NCBI GenBank assembly: GCA_964569265.1
Contig: CAZMTO010000001.1
Span: forward strand, 3,995 to 67,994
Direction: 5' to 3'
DNA from: an uncultured Peptococcaceae bacterium
Lineage (GTDB): Bacteria > Bacillota > Dehalobacteriia > UBA4068 > UBA4997
Length of the DNA stretch: 64,000 nucleotides
Notes under the pieces: generated by a model
The model's database searches: none
The model's input: only the letters and a program-made list of their open reading frames with translations
Told to the model about the DNA's origin: nothing
Translations under genes and position numbers: made by a program
Shown: positions 1 to 9,019 of the stretch, one piece after another
Layout: the number at the start of each line of letters is the position of its first letter
How positions within the stretch are numbered: position 1 is the stretch's first letter

Positions 1-80
1 TTGCAGCCGCAATTTTTACGTTTTTCACCCGCCCAAATTGCAATTTTTGCAAATTAGTTGTACAAAAAGCAAAAAAATTC

Positions 81-109
81 TTGACAAGCGGCGTAGCATA
101 CGATATATT
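81..109 (+). promoter_or_regulatory. sigma-70-like promoter (TTGACA-17-TATATT) upstream of 139..681
   Basis: TTGACA at 81-86, a 17-nt spacer, and TATATT at 104-109, about 30 nt upstream of the RBS AAGGAG and ATG at 139. Confidence 0.4.
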
Positions 110-138
110 TAGGCTACAATTATATAAGGAGTGATGTT

Positions 139-681
139 ATGAACCCCGTAAACCCCGAAGCTATTGGCTTGTTTGGGCTTATTGCCACCGTGTTCTGCTT
201 TGGTTTGGAACAGGTTGGTGTTGGTGTAAAAGGCGCCGACCACGCAAAGCTTACCAAGTCGCTGGGCTTCATCGCCATTCTGTTTGGCGGCTGCGCGCAG
301 CTCTTCACCGCTCTGGCTATGTACCTTTTTTCCGTCGGCCACGATCACAGCATCTTTTTAGGCACCGTATTCGGCTTTTTCGGCCTGTTCTGGGTGCTGG
401 TGGGCCTGTTCTTTTTAAAGGGAGGCGATAAAAAGGTAATGGCACATTTTTTTGCCACCGGCCTGGTTTTGTGCCTTGGCTTTACGCTAAAGGCTTTTCA
501 GGAAGGTCTGGTTTGGCCCCTGGGCATTGATCTTATCGTGATTGATGTTCTGCTGGCTACGCTTATACCGGCATGGTATACCGGCAGCCCGGCTTTAACC
601 AAGCTGGCCGGCTGCTGCAATTTGGCTATTGGTGTAATTTCTCTGTTTTTGCTGTTCCCGGCAATAGGCATTAGCCTGTAA
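139..681 (+). CDS. GPR1/FUN34/YaaH (SatP-like) family membrane protein, putative acetate/succinate channel
   Basis: 180 aa with six hydrophobic segments. The N-terminal NPxxxGLxG motif and the FGGxAQxF and FxGxFWxxxG blocks align with E. coli YaaH/SatP. RBS AAGGAG lies 7 nt before the ATG. Confidence 0.65.
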   Translation: MNPVNPEAIGLFGLIATVFCFGLEQVGVGVKGADHAKLTKSLGFIAILFGGCAQLFTALAMYLFSVGHDHSIFLGTVFGFFGLFWVLVGLFFLKGGDKKVMAHFFATGLVLCLGFTLKAFQEGLVWPLGIDLIVIDVLLATLIPAWYTGSPALTKLAGCCNLAIGVISLFLLFPAIGISL

Positions 682-789
682 ACATATTAGCCAAACATTA
701 TTGGGGCGCGCAGGCGCCCCTTTTGCTGCCTTTTGGGCAGATAATTGTTACATATTTTTTGGTTTGCACAAATTTTTTATAAAAAGCTG

Positions 790-818
790 TTGACAATTTG
801 ACCGATTTTGAGTATAAT
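790..818 (+). promoter_or_regulatory. consensus sigma-70 promoter (TTGACA-17-TATAAT) for the tRNA cluster
   Basis: TTGACA at 790-795, a 17-nt spacer, and TATAAT at 813-818, about 35 nt upstream of the first tRNA. Confidence 0.6.
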
Positions 819-853
819 AATCAATGCGTAATTAAAGACCGTCTAAAAACCGT

Positions 854-942
854 GGAGAGGTACCGAAGCGGTCATAACGGAGCGGTCTTGAAAACCGTCG
901 CACAGAAATGTGTCGTGGGTTCGAATCCCACCCTCTCCGCCA
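854..942 (+). tRNA. tRNA-Ser (anticodon TGA)
   Basis: 7-bp acceptor stem GGAGAGG/CCTCTCC, anticodon loop cTTGAaa, long variable arm, TTCGAATCC T-loop, and encoded CCA. Confidence 0.9.
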
Positions 943-971
943 TAATTTAGGCGGGCAAATGGCATTGACAT

Positions 972-1066
972 GGAGAGTTGGCCGAGTCGGTCGAAGGCGC
1001 TCGCCTGCTAAGCGAGTATACGGGCAAAAACCTGTATCGGGGGTTCGAATCCCCTGCTCTCCGCCA
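972..1066 (+). tRNA. tRNA-Ser (anticodon GCT)
   Basis: Acceptor GGAGAGT/GCTCTCC, anticodon loop ctGCTaa, long variable arm, TTCGAATCC T-loop, and encoded CCA. Confidence 0.9.
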
Positions 1067-1086
1067 TAGCTTTTTTAATTTAATAT

Positions 1087-1163
1087 GTGCTACTAGCTCA
1101 GCTGGATAGAGCGTCTGGCTACGGACCAGAAGGTCGGGGGTTCGAATCCCTCGTAGCACGCCA
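1087..1163 (+). tRNA. tRNA-Arg (anticodon ACG)
   Basis: Acceptor GTGCTAC/GTAGCAC, D-loop AGCTCAGCTGGATAGAGC, anticodon stem TCTGG/CCAGA with loop ctACGga, and encoded CCA. Confidence 0.9.
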
Positions 1164-1332
1164 AAAATGCACTCGTCAATTTATTGGCGGGTGCATTATT
1201 TCTTGCGTCTGATTATAACCAAAAAAATAACGCCCACCTGCGTAAAGTGTTGCGTTATTTTTAAGAAAATAAAAATACTATTGCATAACCGTTTAAGGTC
1301 TTGCCTTTTTTTATCTATATTATATGGCTGGA

Positions 1333-1509
1333 TTATATGGCTGGCAAAGCCTTTTTTAGCCGACAATAACCGCGCTGCTGCCCTGCCTGCGGTTTTTCTT
1401 CGGCCACATATGCCAGTATTTGCTGCAAAACGTATTCCTGATCTTGCAGCATTAAAAATTCGTTTACCCGCTTGCCAATGTGCAGGTCAGCCAAATGTAA
1501 AAATTTCAT
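1333..1509 (-). pseudogene. sbcD: sbcD/Mre11-family nuclease N-terminal remnant (58 codons)
   Basis: Minus-strand translation MKFLHLADLHIGKRVNEFLMLQDQEYVLQQILAYVAEEKPQAG matches the metallophosphoesterase N-terminus of SbcD (motif ADLHLGK, EEKPD). The reading frame stops after 58 aa although SbcD is about 380 aa. RBS AAGGAG is intact. The ORF is below the 60-aa cutoff of the ORF track. Confidence 0.5.
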
Positions 1510-1707
1510 CGCAGGCTCCTTGTATAATATTTACATTTATTGGTATAAAAATTCAATGCTGTGTGGCGCCGCAGCACCCGCCCCAAACAGCGCAGAACAA
1601 ATTTATTGCCGTATTTTGCAGTTTTAAGCAAATTAAGCAACCTGCGCATTAGCACAAAATAGCGCCTAATTTGCCCGATAATGTGGTGTTGGCGGTATTT
1701 AAACAGC

Positions 1708-1826
1708 CTTTTATCACCACCCGTGCAAAGTTTTCCACAATTAAAAAGCTTTTTCCACCGACTTTTCCACATAAGGTGGATTTTCTACAAAGCCCACAGC
1801 AACGGCATTTTTCGTAACTTTTCTAC
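1708..1826 (+). promoter_or_regulatory. cluster of DnaA-box-like 9-mers (TTTTCCACA/TTTTCCACC/TTTTCTACA) in a 900-nt non-coding region
   Basis: Direct copies at 1731, 1751, 1764, 1781 and 1818, plus TTATCACCA at 1711. The same TTTTCCACA variant occurs just upstream of dnaA at 40084. Confidence 0.4.
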
Positions 1827-2084
1827 CGCCGGCAACAAAAAATCCACCGTTTAAACCACAGGGTTTTCAACTTTTCCCCTATCGGCAGGCCATACACAAA
1901 ATTTGCATAGCAGCCACAGCATACTGTTGCTGTATGTATAGTTTAGCACCACAGCACACAGCTTGTCAAACACCGGCGCTATTGCATTACAGCGCGAATT
2001 ATGTTAATATAAAGAAGATAGACGGTTAAATTGGATAACACCTTTTAAACCGGTACATACTCCATAAACAGGGAGGCGAATATT

Positions 2085-2459
2085 ATGCAGATCAGAGAAT
2101 CCGCCGAAGATTACTTAGAAGCCATATTGGTGCTGAAGCAGCTAAACGGCAACGTGCGCGCCATAGATATTGCACATCATTTGGGGTTTTCACGCCCGTC
2201 TGTCAGTATCGCGATGAAGAACCTGAGAGAAAGCGGCTATATCAGCGTATCAGACGATTCACTGATCACGCTGACCGAAGAAGGCACCCGCATTGCCGAA
2301 AAGGTTTACGAACGCCACCGCATACTTACGGATTTTTTACGGCGGCTGGGAGTATCGGAGGCTGCCGCCAAAGCCGATGCCTGCCGCATAGAACACGCCC
2401 TGAGCGAAGAAAGCTTTGCCGGCATAAAGGCATTTTATTTGCAAAATTTTAGCGAATAA
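2085..2459 (+). CDS. DtxR/MntR-family metal-dependent transcriptional repressor
   Basis: 124 aa with an N-terminal winged HTH (AEDYLEAI...RAIDIAHHLGFSRPSVSIAMKNL) and a dimerisation region typical of DtxR/MntR. RBS GGGAGG. Confidence 0.8.
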   Translation: MQIRESAEDYLEAILVLKQLNGNVRAIDIAHHLGFSRPSVSIAMKNLRESGYISVSDDSLITLTEEGTRIAEKVYERHRILTDFLRRLGVSEAAAKADACRIEHALSEESFAGIKAFYLQNFSE

Positions 2460-2510
2460 TTTATTTATTATAACAAAACAAGCGATTTTATAAACCGGGG
2501 GAATACACCA

Positions 2511-4193
2511 ATGGAAACTTTGTCCGAAACTTTAAAAGAAACTGAAGAAAAAACTATGGCCGGCAATTTTATTCACGATGAAATAGAAGCCGACCTGAGC
2601 GAGGGTAAATGTGGAGAAACTGTGCATACACGCTTTCCTCCGGAGCCTAACGGCTACCTGCATATTGGCCACGCCAAAAGTATTTGCTTAAACTTTGGCA
2701 CTGCCAAAAAATACAAGGGCATTTGCAACCTGCGCTTTGACGATACCAACCCCGCCAAGGAAGAACAGGAATTTATGGATGCCATTAAGGCCGACATACA
2801 CTGGCTGGGCTTTGACTGGGGCGACAACCTGTGCTTTGCTTCGGATTATTTTGAACAACTGTATCAGTTTGCCGTGCAGCTTATAAAAGACGGCAAAGCC
2901 TACGTTTGTCAGCTATCTGCCGACCAGATGCGCGAATATCGCGGTTCTATCGGCGTGCCGGCTCAATCTCCGTGGCGTGACCGCCCCATTGAAGAAAGCC
3001 TTGACCTGTTTGCACGTATGCGCGCCGGTGAATTTGCCGACGGTGAATATACTCTGCGTGCCAAAATAGATCTGGCATCGCCTAACTTTGTTATGCGTGA
3101 CCCGGTTATTTACCGTATACAGCACAGCACCCACAACCGCACCGGCGATGATTGGTGCATCTACCCGATGTACGACTTTGCCCACCCGCTGTCTGATTCG
3201 TTAGAGGGCATTACCCATTCTGTTTGTACTATGGAATTTGAAATTCATCGCCCGCTGTATGAATGGCTGATAGAAAACACCAACTGCCCCACCAAAAGCC
3301 GTCAGATTGAGTTTGCGCGCCTTAATTTAACCCACACCGTTATGAGCAAGCGGTTTTTGCGCCGTCTGGTAGAAGAAGGCTATGTATCCGGCTGGGATGA
3401 CCCGCGTATGCCTACGCTTTCCGGCTTGCGCCGCCGCGGCTACACACCGGAATCTATCCGCGATTTTTGTGAGCGCATTGGTGTGGCCAAAGCTGAAAGT
3501 ATGGTAGACAGTGCCCTGCTGGAGCATTGCCTGCGCGAGGATTTAAACACCAAGGCCGACCGCGTTATGTGCGTGTTAGACCCCATAAAGCTGGTAATTA
3601 CCAATTACCCCGATGACGGACGCGAAATGCTGCCCATTGATAATAACCCGGAACGCCCGGAGCGCGGCAAACGTCTGGTATCTTTCAGTAAAGAGCTTTA
3701 TATTGAACGCAGCGATTTTATGGAAAACCCGCCAAAGAAGTTCTTCCGTCTGTGTCCGGGCGGCGAGGTTCGCTTAAAATCGGCTTATATAATTAAATGT
3801 GAAGAAGTTGTTAAAGACGAGGCCGGCAATATTACCGAAATTCGCTGCACTTATGACCCCGAAACAAAATCCGGCGGCAGCAGCACCAAAAAGGTAAAAG
3901 CCACCATACACTGGGTAAACGCCCGCGAATGTAAGGATGCCGAGGTGCGCCTGTATGATTACCTGTTTACGGCCGATGACCCCTATGATATGCCCGAAGG
4001 CGGCGATTTTATCGACAATTTAAACCCCGACAGCCTGGAGGTAAAGCAGGCCAAAATAGAACCCCTGCTGCCTATGCCCGGCGAACGTTTTCAGTTTTTG
4101 CGCCACGGTTATTTTGTTACCGACCCCGATACAGAAAACGACCTGCCGGTGTTTAACCGCATAGTTTCTCTTAAAAGCAACTACAAGGGTTAG
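2511..4193 (+). CDS. glnS: glutaminyl-tRNA synthetase
   Basis: 560 aa class I aaRS with HIGH motif [12 protein letters not shown] and KMSKS motif VMSKR. The N-terminal block [24 protein letters not shown]...NLRFDDTNP is near-identical to E. coli GlnRS. Confidence 0.92.
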   Translation: METLSETLKETEEKTMAGNFIHDEIEADLSEGKCGETVHTRFPPEPNGYLHIGHAKSICLNFGTAKKYKGICNLRFDDTNPAKEEQEFMDAIKADIHWLGFDWGDNLCFASDYFEQLYQFAVQLIKDGKAYVCQLSADQMREYRGSIGVPAQSPWRDRPIEESLDLFARMRAGEFADGEYTLRAKIDLASPNFVMRDPVIYRIQHSTHNRTGDDWCIYPMYDFAHPLSDSLEGITHSVCTMEFEIHRPLYEWLIENTNCPTKSRQIEFARLNLTHTVMSKRFLRRLVEEGYVSGWDDPRMPTLSGLRRRGYTPESIRDFCERIGVAKAESMVDSALLEHCLREDLNTKADRVMCVLDPIKLVITNYPDDGREMLPIDNNPERPERGKRLVSFSKELYIERSDFMENPPKKFFRLCPGGEVRLKSAYIIKCEEVVKDEAGNITEIRCTYDPETKSGGSSTKKVKATIHWVNARECKDAEVRLYDYLFTADDPYDMPEGGDFIDNLNPDSLEVKQAKIEPLLPMPGERFQFLRHGYFVTDPDTENDLPVFNRIVSLKSNYKG

Positions 4194-4201
4194 GTGATAT
4201 T

Positions 4202-4402
4202 ATGAAAAAGCTTTATAGATCCCGTAAAAACAGCAAGCTGTTTGGCGTTTGCGGCGGCATTGCCGAATATTTTGACACTGACCCCACGATAATTCGCCTT
4301 ATAGCTGTTATTGCTCTGTTTCTGTCGTTTGGCTGGGCGCTGCTTATTTATCTGGCTGCTGCCTTTATTATGCCGCAGGATGACGGCTTTATTGATGTGT
4401 GA
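4202..4402 (+). CDS. PspC-domain small membrane protein
   Basis: 66 aa. KLYRSRKNSKLFGVCGGIAEYFDTDPTIIRL is the PspC-domain signature, followed by one TM helix. Its stop overlaps the next start (TGATGA). Confidence 0.75.
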   Translation: MKKLYRSRKNSKLFGVCGGIAEYFDTDPTIIRLIAVIALFLSFGWALLIYLAAAFIMPQDDGFIDV

Positions 4403-5487
4403 TGACCGACAACGACAACAACAGGTTAAGCCCTCTGTATAAGCTTAACCTTAAAATACTGGCCAAAAAGCTGCCCGGCTATAATCTGGCGGATATTTTG
4501 GGCCGCGATGCCAACGGCAGGGTTCACCATGGGTCGGGCTGGTTTTACTTTTTGCCGCATATTTACGGCAAACAACTGCTAAGCAACGATGTCGACAAAG
4601 CTGTGGGGACGCACGCCGTGCGCCTGCGCAGCGGGCTTATGCATAAGCTGTATCTTACGCTGGGGCAGTTGTTTTTTGAAGGCCACCGGCAGATAATCGT
4701 AAAAAAAGAGCCGCTGCCCCAAAGCAACCGGCCCCTTATATTTACGCCTACGCATTATTTTATGTTAGACCCGCTTTCCAGCATTATGCTGGCCGAAAAG
4801 CACGCGTATCTGGTGTTTGGCACCCTGCCGCACTTTTTTAACACCTTTTACGGCCCCGAAGCCTACTTAAACGGCTCTATTTTACTTAACCGGCGTGATA
4901 AAGCCAACCGCCACGCCGTAATAGAAAAAGCCGTGCGCGTTATTGAACAGGGCTCCGGCATCATAATTTTTCCGGAGGGCGGCTGGAACAAAAGCCCCAA
5001 CAGTCTGGTGCTGCCGCTGTGGCGCGGCGTATATACCATTGCCAGGCGCACCAATGCTCTGGTTGTGCCCATGGCTCATTTGCTGCGCGGTAAAAAAATC
5101 TATTCGTCACGGTTGGCACCGTTTGATATTTGCGCCTATGACAATGATCAGGCTGCACTCAGCGACCTGCGGGATACTATGGCCACCGGGCTTTGGCAGC
5201 TTATGGAACAGTTTGCCCCGCAAAGCCGCACCCAAATGCTGGGCGATTGTGCCACTATGCACGAATACTGCGAAAAGGTAGTCAGTGAACAGGCTAAAAC
5301 CTCCGGCTATTACTATGATTATTCTACCGAGGCCGGCGATAAAGGCAGTGATTTACGGCTGCCTGGCGCACCCCACGCGGCTGATGTCTGGCGGGACATT
5401 GGCGATATGGAGGTTTCTGCACAAAATATCCACCATATAAAGCACGCCAAGCGCCTGCACGACGAAGATTATCAGCGGCGGTTTTAA
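4402..5487 (+). CDS. PlsC-like lysophospholipid acyltransferase family protein
   Basis: HX4D motif (THYFMLD) and FPEGG motif (IIFPEGGWNK) of the glycerol-3-phosphate/1-acylglycerol-3-phosphate acyltransferase family. The ATG overlaps the PspC stop, so the start is 3 nt inside the listed ORF. Confidence 0.6.
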   Translation: MTDNDNNRLSPLYKLNLKILAKKLPGYNLADILGRDANGRVHHGSGWFYFLPHIYGKQLLSNDVDKAVGTHAVRLRSGLMHKLYLTLGQLFFEGHRQIIVKKEPLPQSNRPLIFTPTHYFMLDPLSSIMLAEKHAYLVFGTLPHFFNTFYGPEAYLNGSILLNRRDKANRHAVIEKAVRVIEQGSGIIIFPEGGWNKSPNSLVLPLWRGVYTIARRTNALVVPMAHLLRGKKIYSSRLAPFDICAYDNDQAALSDLRDTMATGLWQLMEQFAPQSRTQMLGDCATMHEYCEKVVSEQAKTSGYYYDYSTEAGDKGSDLRLPGAPHAADVWRDIGDMEVSAQNIHHIKHAKRLHDEDYQRRF

Positions 5488-5545
5488 ATTGCTGCCCGGC
5501 TTTGTTGTGCTTTTAACTTATTAACTTATTATTAACAATTAACAT

Positions 5546-5574
5546 TTACAGGCACACAGCCTTTATGTTATACT
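5546..5574 (+). promoter_or_regulatory. putative extended -10 promoter (TGtTATACT) for a small peptide gene
   Basis: TGT at 5566-5568 plus TATACT at 5569-5574, with a weak -35 TTACAG at 5546-5551. Confidence 0.35.
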
Positions 5575-5640
5575 GTTTTTAAGGATCTGCCCATTATAAC
5601 GGTAGGCGGTTAGGCCCCTTGTAAAAAAGGGGGTGGTTTT

Positions 5641-5724
5641 ATGGTAACATACGAGGCTTTGTTTCTGTTCGTTACAATGCTTACATCTGTTGTTGCTCTT
5701 ATTTTCAAAATCACAAAAAAATAA
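5641..5724 (+). CDS. 27-aa hydrophobic peptide (MVTYEALFLFVTMLTSVVALIFKITKK), a candidate small membrane protein or type I toxin-like peptide
   Basis: Not in the ORF track because it is under 60 aa. The RBS-like GGGGGTGG lies 4-7 nt before the ATG, inside a CCCCTT/AAGGGG hairpin. It has a single predicted TM helix with a C-terminal KITKK and an immediately following intrinsic terminator. Confidence 0.4.
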   Translation: MVTYEALFLFVTMLTSVVALIFKITKK

Positions 5725-5760
5725 CCGCCCCATGTTCCAAGTGTCGGCGGTTATTTTTTA
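5722..5760 (+). terminator. intrinsic terminator (stem TAACCGCC/GGCGGTTA followed by a T-run)
   Basis: Hairpin at 5722-5753 followed by TTTTTTA. Confidence 0.6.
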
Positions 5761-5831
5761 ACTAAAGATACAAGGGAACCAACCGCTTATCGGGCAGTTC
5801 CTTTTCTGTATTTATTATATGCAATTATATG

Positions 5832-5864
5832 GCGTTTGTCAACCGTTGGCAAACGTCTTTTTTT
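5832..5864 (+). terminator. second intrinsic terminator-like hairpin (CGTTTGTCAAC/GTTGGCAAACG followed by T8)
   Basis: Roughly 10-bp stem with one G-U pair, followed by TCTTTTTTT. It lies 10 nt from the 3-prime end of the convergent DUF554 gene. Confidence 0.5.
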
Positions 5865-5873
5865 GCGGTGCTT

Positions 5874-6554
5874 TTACATAAACCGGCAAAAAATAATCGG
5901 CAAAAATATGGCCGGTATATAATTGGCTACTTTTATTTTGGTAACATTAAGCATATTAAATGCCAAGCCGATTATCAGCAGCGACCCCGCGCAGGACATT
6001 TCGGCCACCACGGCATCTGACAACAGCGGCTGAAGGCATTCTGCCAGCAAAACTATAGCCCCCTGATACACGCCCACCGCCAGCGCCGCAAACAACACCC
6101 CGGCACCCAAACTGCTGGCCAGCAGCACCGCCGCTATACCGTCTATTACCGATTTGGCAATAATTGTACTGTGATCACCTGCCAAACCGCTTTGCAGCGA
6201 CCCAACAATGGCCATAGCCCCCACGCAAAACAACATACTTGCCGACACAAAGCCTTCGGCCAGGGGGCTGCCGCCAAACACACCGCCCAGCTTGGCTTCT
6301 AACTTTTGGCCCAGCTTATTAAGCCCGCCGTCAATGTCCATAAGTTCGCCCAGCATACCGCCCAGCGCCACCGACAGAATAGTTATAAGCGTATTTTGGC
6401 CGCCCAAAGCACCGCTTATGCCGATATACAGCACGCAAAGCGCCAGCCCCACCATAACTGTATCGGCCACCCGTTTGGGGAACCGCCTGCCAAAAAACAA
6501 ACCTGCCGTGCCGCCGGCCACCACTGCCGCCATATTGATAACTACCGATATCAT
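5874..6554 (-). CDS. DUF554 (YqgA-family) membrane protein
   Basis: Collinear similarity to E. coli YqgA (for example GEL.D...G.N.LG, FCVG..AI.GS...GL.GD, ILDG..A..ASSLG.GVL.SAL). The start is set at the internal ATG at 6554, which has RBS AAGGGAG with 9-nt spacing. Confidence 0.75.
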   Translation of the reverse strand: MISVVINMAAVVAGGTAGLFFGRRFPKRVADTVMVGLALCVLYIGISGALGGQNTLITILSVALGGMLGELMDIDGGLNKLGQKLEAKLGGVFGGSPLAEGFVSASMLFCVGAMAIVGSLQSGLAGDHSTIIAKSVIDGIAAVLLASSLGAGVLFAALAVGVYQGAIVLLAECLQPLLSDAVVAEMSCAGSLLIIGLAFNMLNVTKIKVANYIPAIFLPIIFCRFM

Positions 6555-6896
6555 ACTACCATACTCCCTTTCTACCAAAAAACTTAAAAACTACCTAAAA
6601 AACTATCAATTAGTGCTGTTTTGATATCAGATCCTTTTATTTTGACACAAGCCTTAAATATTGTCAATATTTTATGGCAAAACTGCCGTTTGGGCGCAAC
6701 AATTATACCGGCAAGTATGAACATTTGTCCGCACCAGAGAGAATAACACTGTATACATAAGCTGAAAATATTGTATTGGGCATATGCTTTATGGTAAAAT
6801 TCTGTTATTAACAACAGCTTACGCAATAAACACAAACGGCAGCCCGCTGCCGATAAAATATTGAATTAAGCTGCATTTGAAGGAGGACTGAAAAAT

Positions 6897-8318
6897 ATGG
6901 AAGCAATGACATTTTCTGATTGGGTGAGCAAAATCGACGGCTGGATTTGGAATTGGCCAATGATGATACTGATTTTGGGTACCGGCCTGCTGTTAACCAT
7001 ACGCACCGGTTTTACACAGGTTTTTCACTTACCCAAGGCGCTGCGCTTTATGTTTAAAAACGAAGAAGACGGCGAAGGTGAGGTTACCAGCTTTGGTGCC
7101 CTGTGTACGGCACTTTCTGCCACCATTGGTACCGGTAATATTGTAGGTGTGGCCACAGCAATTTGTGCCGGCGGCCCGGGCGCTCTGTTCTGGATGTGGT
7201 TTGCGGCATTTTTAGGTATGGCTACCAAATATGCCGAAGGTCTGCTGGCTATTAAGTACCGCACCATAGACGAAACCGGCCACGTTTTGGGCGGCCCCTT
7301 TTATTACATAGAACGCGGTATGGGCAAAAACTGGCGCTGGCTGGCTAAAATGTTTGCCTTCTTTGGTGCTTCGGCCGGCGTGCTGGGCATTGGTACCGTA
7401 ACCCAGATAAACGGTATTGCCGGTGCGGTAGAACGTTTGTGCGACCCCAACAGGTCTAACATTGCTTTTACTATCGGTGAATACAGCTACACCTGGGCCA
7501 CCACCCTTACCGCTGTTATTGCAGCCGTATTGGTTGCTCTGGTAATTTTGGGCGGCATCAAGCGTATATCTTCTGTAGCAGAAAAAGTTGTACCGTTTAT
7601 GGCCGTATTTTACATCGTAGTTTGCGTAACTATCTTAATCAACAATGCTTCGGCTATCCCGATGGCATTCTCGCAGATCTTCCACGGTGCCTTTACCGGC
7701 ACGGCTGCTATGGGCGGTTTTGCCGGTGCTATGGTAAAGCAGGCTCTGCAAAACGGTATTGCCCGCGGTATCTTTTCTAACGAGGCCGGCTTAGGCTCGG
7801 CACCTATTGCCGCCGCTGCTGCTTCCACCAAGTCCTGCGCACGTCAGGGTCTGGTTTCTATGACCGGCGTATTTATCGATACCCTTATCATCTGCACCAT
7901 GACCGGCCTTACCATCGTTATCACCGGCGCATGGCATCAGGAAGGTATCACCGGTGTAGCCGTAACCTCTTACGCATTTAGCCAGGGTATGAGCTTTGCA
8001 CCGTTTATCGGTCAGGTATGTGTAACTTTAAGCTTGGCATTTTTTGCCTTTACCACCATTTTGGGCTGGGATTACTACGCCGAACGCTGCGTAGAATACC
8101 TTGTAAACGGCAATATGGGTATTGTTAAGGCTTACCGTTATCTGTGGATATTGGCCGTACTGGTTGGCCCCTTTTTGGCGCTGGATGTTGTTTGGAACAT
8201 TGCCGACGCGCTCAACGGCTGCATGGCATTCCCCAACCTTATTGCGCTGGTGGCATTGTCCGGTGTAGTTGCTAAGGAAACCAAAGAGTTCCATCAGAAT
8301 TTGGAGCTGCACAAGTAA
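6897..8318 (+). CDS. alanine/glycine:cation symporter (AGCS family)
   Basis: 473 aa with about 11 TM segments. The N-terminal WxWxxPMMILILGTGLLLTIRTGF and GTGNIVGVATAI blocks are typical of the sodium:alanine symporter family. Confidence 0.85.
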   Translation: MEAMTFSDWVSKIDGWIWNWPMMILILGTGLLLTIRTGFTQVFHLPKALRFMFKNEEDGEGEVTSFGALCTALSATIGTGNIVGVATAICAGGPGALFWMWFAAFLGMATKYAEGLLAIKYRTIDETGHVLGGPFYYIERGMGKNWRWLAKMFAFFGASAGVLGIGTVTQINGIAGAVERLCDPNRSNIAFTIGEYSYTWATTLTAVIAAVLVALVILGGIKRISSVAEKVVPFMAVFYIVVCVTILINNASAIPMAFSQIFHGAFTGTAAMGGFAGAMVKQALQNGIARGIFSNEAGLGSAPIAAAAASTKSCARQGLVSMTGVFIDTLIICTMTGLTIVITGAWHQEGITGVAVTSYAFSQGMSFAPFIGQVCVTLSLAFFAFTTILGWDYYAERCVEYLVNGNMGIVKAYRYLWILAVLVGPFLALDVVWNIADALNGCMAFPNLIALVALSGVVAKETKEFHQNLELHK

Positions 8319-8357
8319 TATAACAAGCCATGTTTAACAACTAAATAAAATAATCAA

Positions 8358-8392
8358 AATGCTGCCTGACTATTGGGCAGCATTTTTTTTGC
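8358..8392 (+). terminator. intrinsic terminator after the AGCS symporter
   Basis: AATGCTGCC/GGCAGCATT stem with a 9-nt loop, followed by TTTTTTTT. Confidence 0.8.
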
Positions 8393-8393
8393 T

Positions 8394-8885
8394 GTTTAAG
8401 CCGTCTAAAATCCTCTGTAAGCGTTTTTAGCTGCGCATATGACACAGACGTAAGCCGACACTGTTTAAACCGCTCAAAACGCCTCTAATCGCGTTTAAGA
8501 GCAAAGCACCTGCCTATGCAGCCGCCCATATTGTTTTACACGTGACCAGATATCATACATCTGTAAAAACATCAAAAGACATTTGTCTTTACACGGCAAA
8601 TATTTTGACCTGTAAGCCGTCTAAAACCGCCTGTAACGGGTTTTAGCCCACCAATGGGTATACCCGTTAGGGCAGGGCGCTTAAAACCCCTTAAAACGGC
8701 TTTTTGACAGCACCTCTTTAAAGTTTATCCGTCAGGACAGAGCTTGTACGCCACAGGCCGGGCAAATTTTTGCCGTGTAAGGGTGCTAAAAGCCTTTGTG
8801 AGCGCATATAATATGCCAAAGGATATCCCACTAAGGGGGTGGTGCTTACGACGGCTCAAAACGGCTTAAATCGCGTTTGCCCTCA
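8394..8885. repeat. cluster of at least 5 imperfect-palindromic short repeats (core ...GCCGTCTAAAAyC..CTGTAAgCG..TTTTAGC / GCTCAAAACGnCT.TAATCGCGTTT)
   Basis: Copies at about 8394-8433, 8447-8502, 8598-8649, 8772-8807 and 8849-8883. Each can fold as a CTAAAAC...GTTTTAG hairpin. There is no coding potential. Confidence 0.55.
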
Positions 8886-9019
8886 GGCGTGCATCGGCAG
8901 AGGCAAAAACCGCGGTAGCCAAGGCCACTGCTGCCCGGCACGCCAGCCGCCGCCGCATTTTTACCCAAAACCGCTGCCCCACAAAATTTGTACCTATTAT
9001 AATTGGTGTGCCGCCTGTT

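Noticed and set aside
1167-1652. 161-aa plus-strand ORF after the tRNA cluster
   Set aside because: It spans two terminator hairpins, overlaps the sbcD remnant on the other strand, and has odd composition (Cys/Ile/Lys runs) with no start signals.
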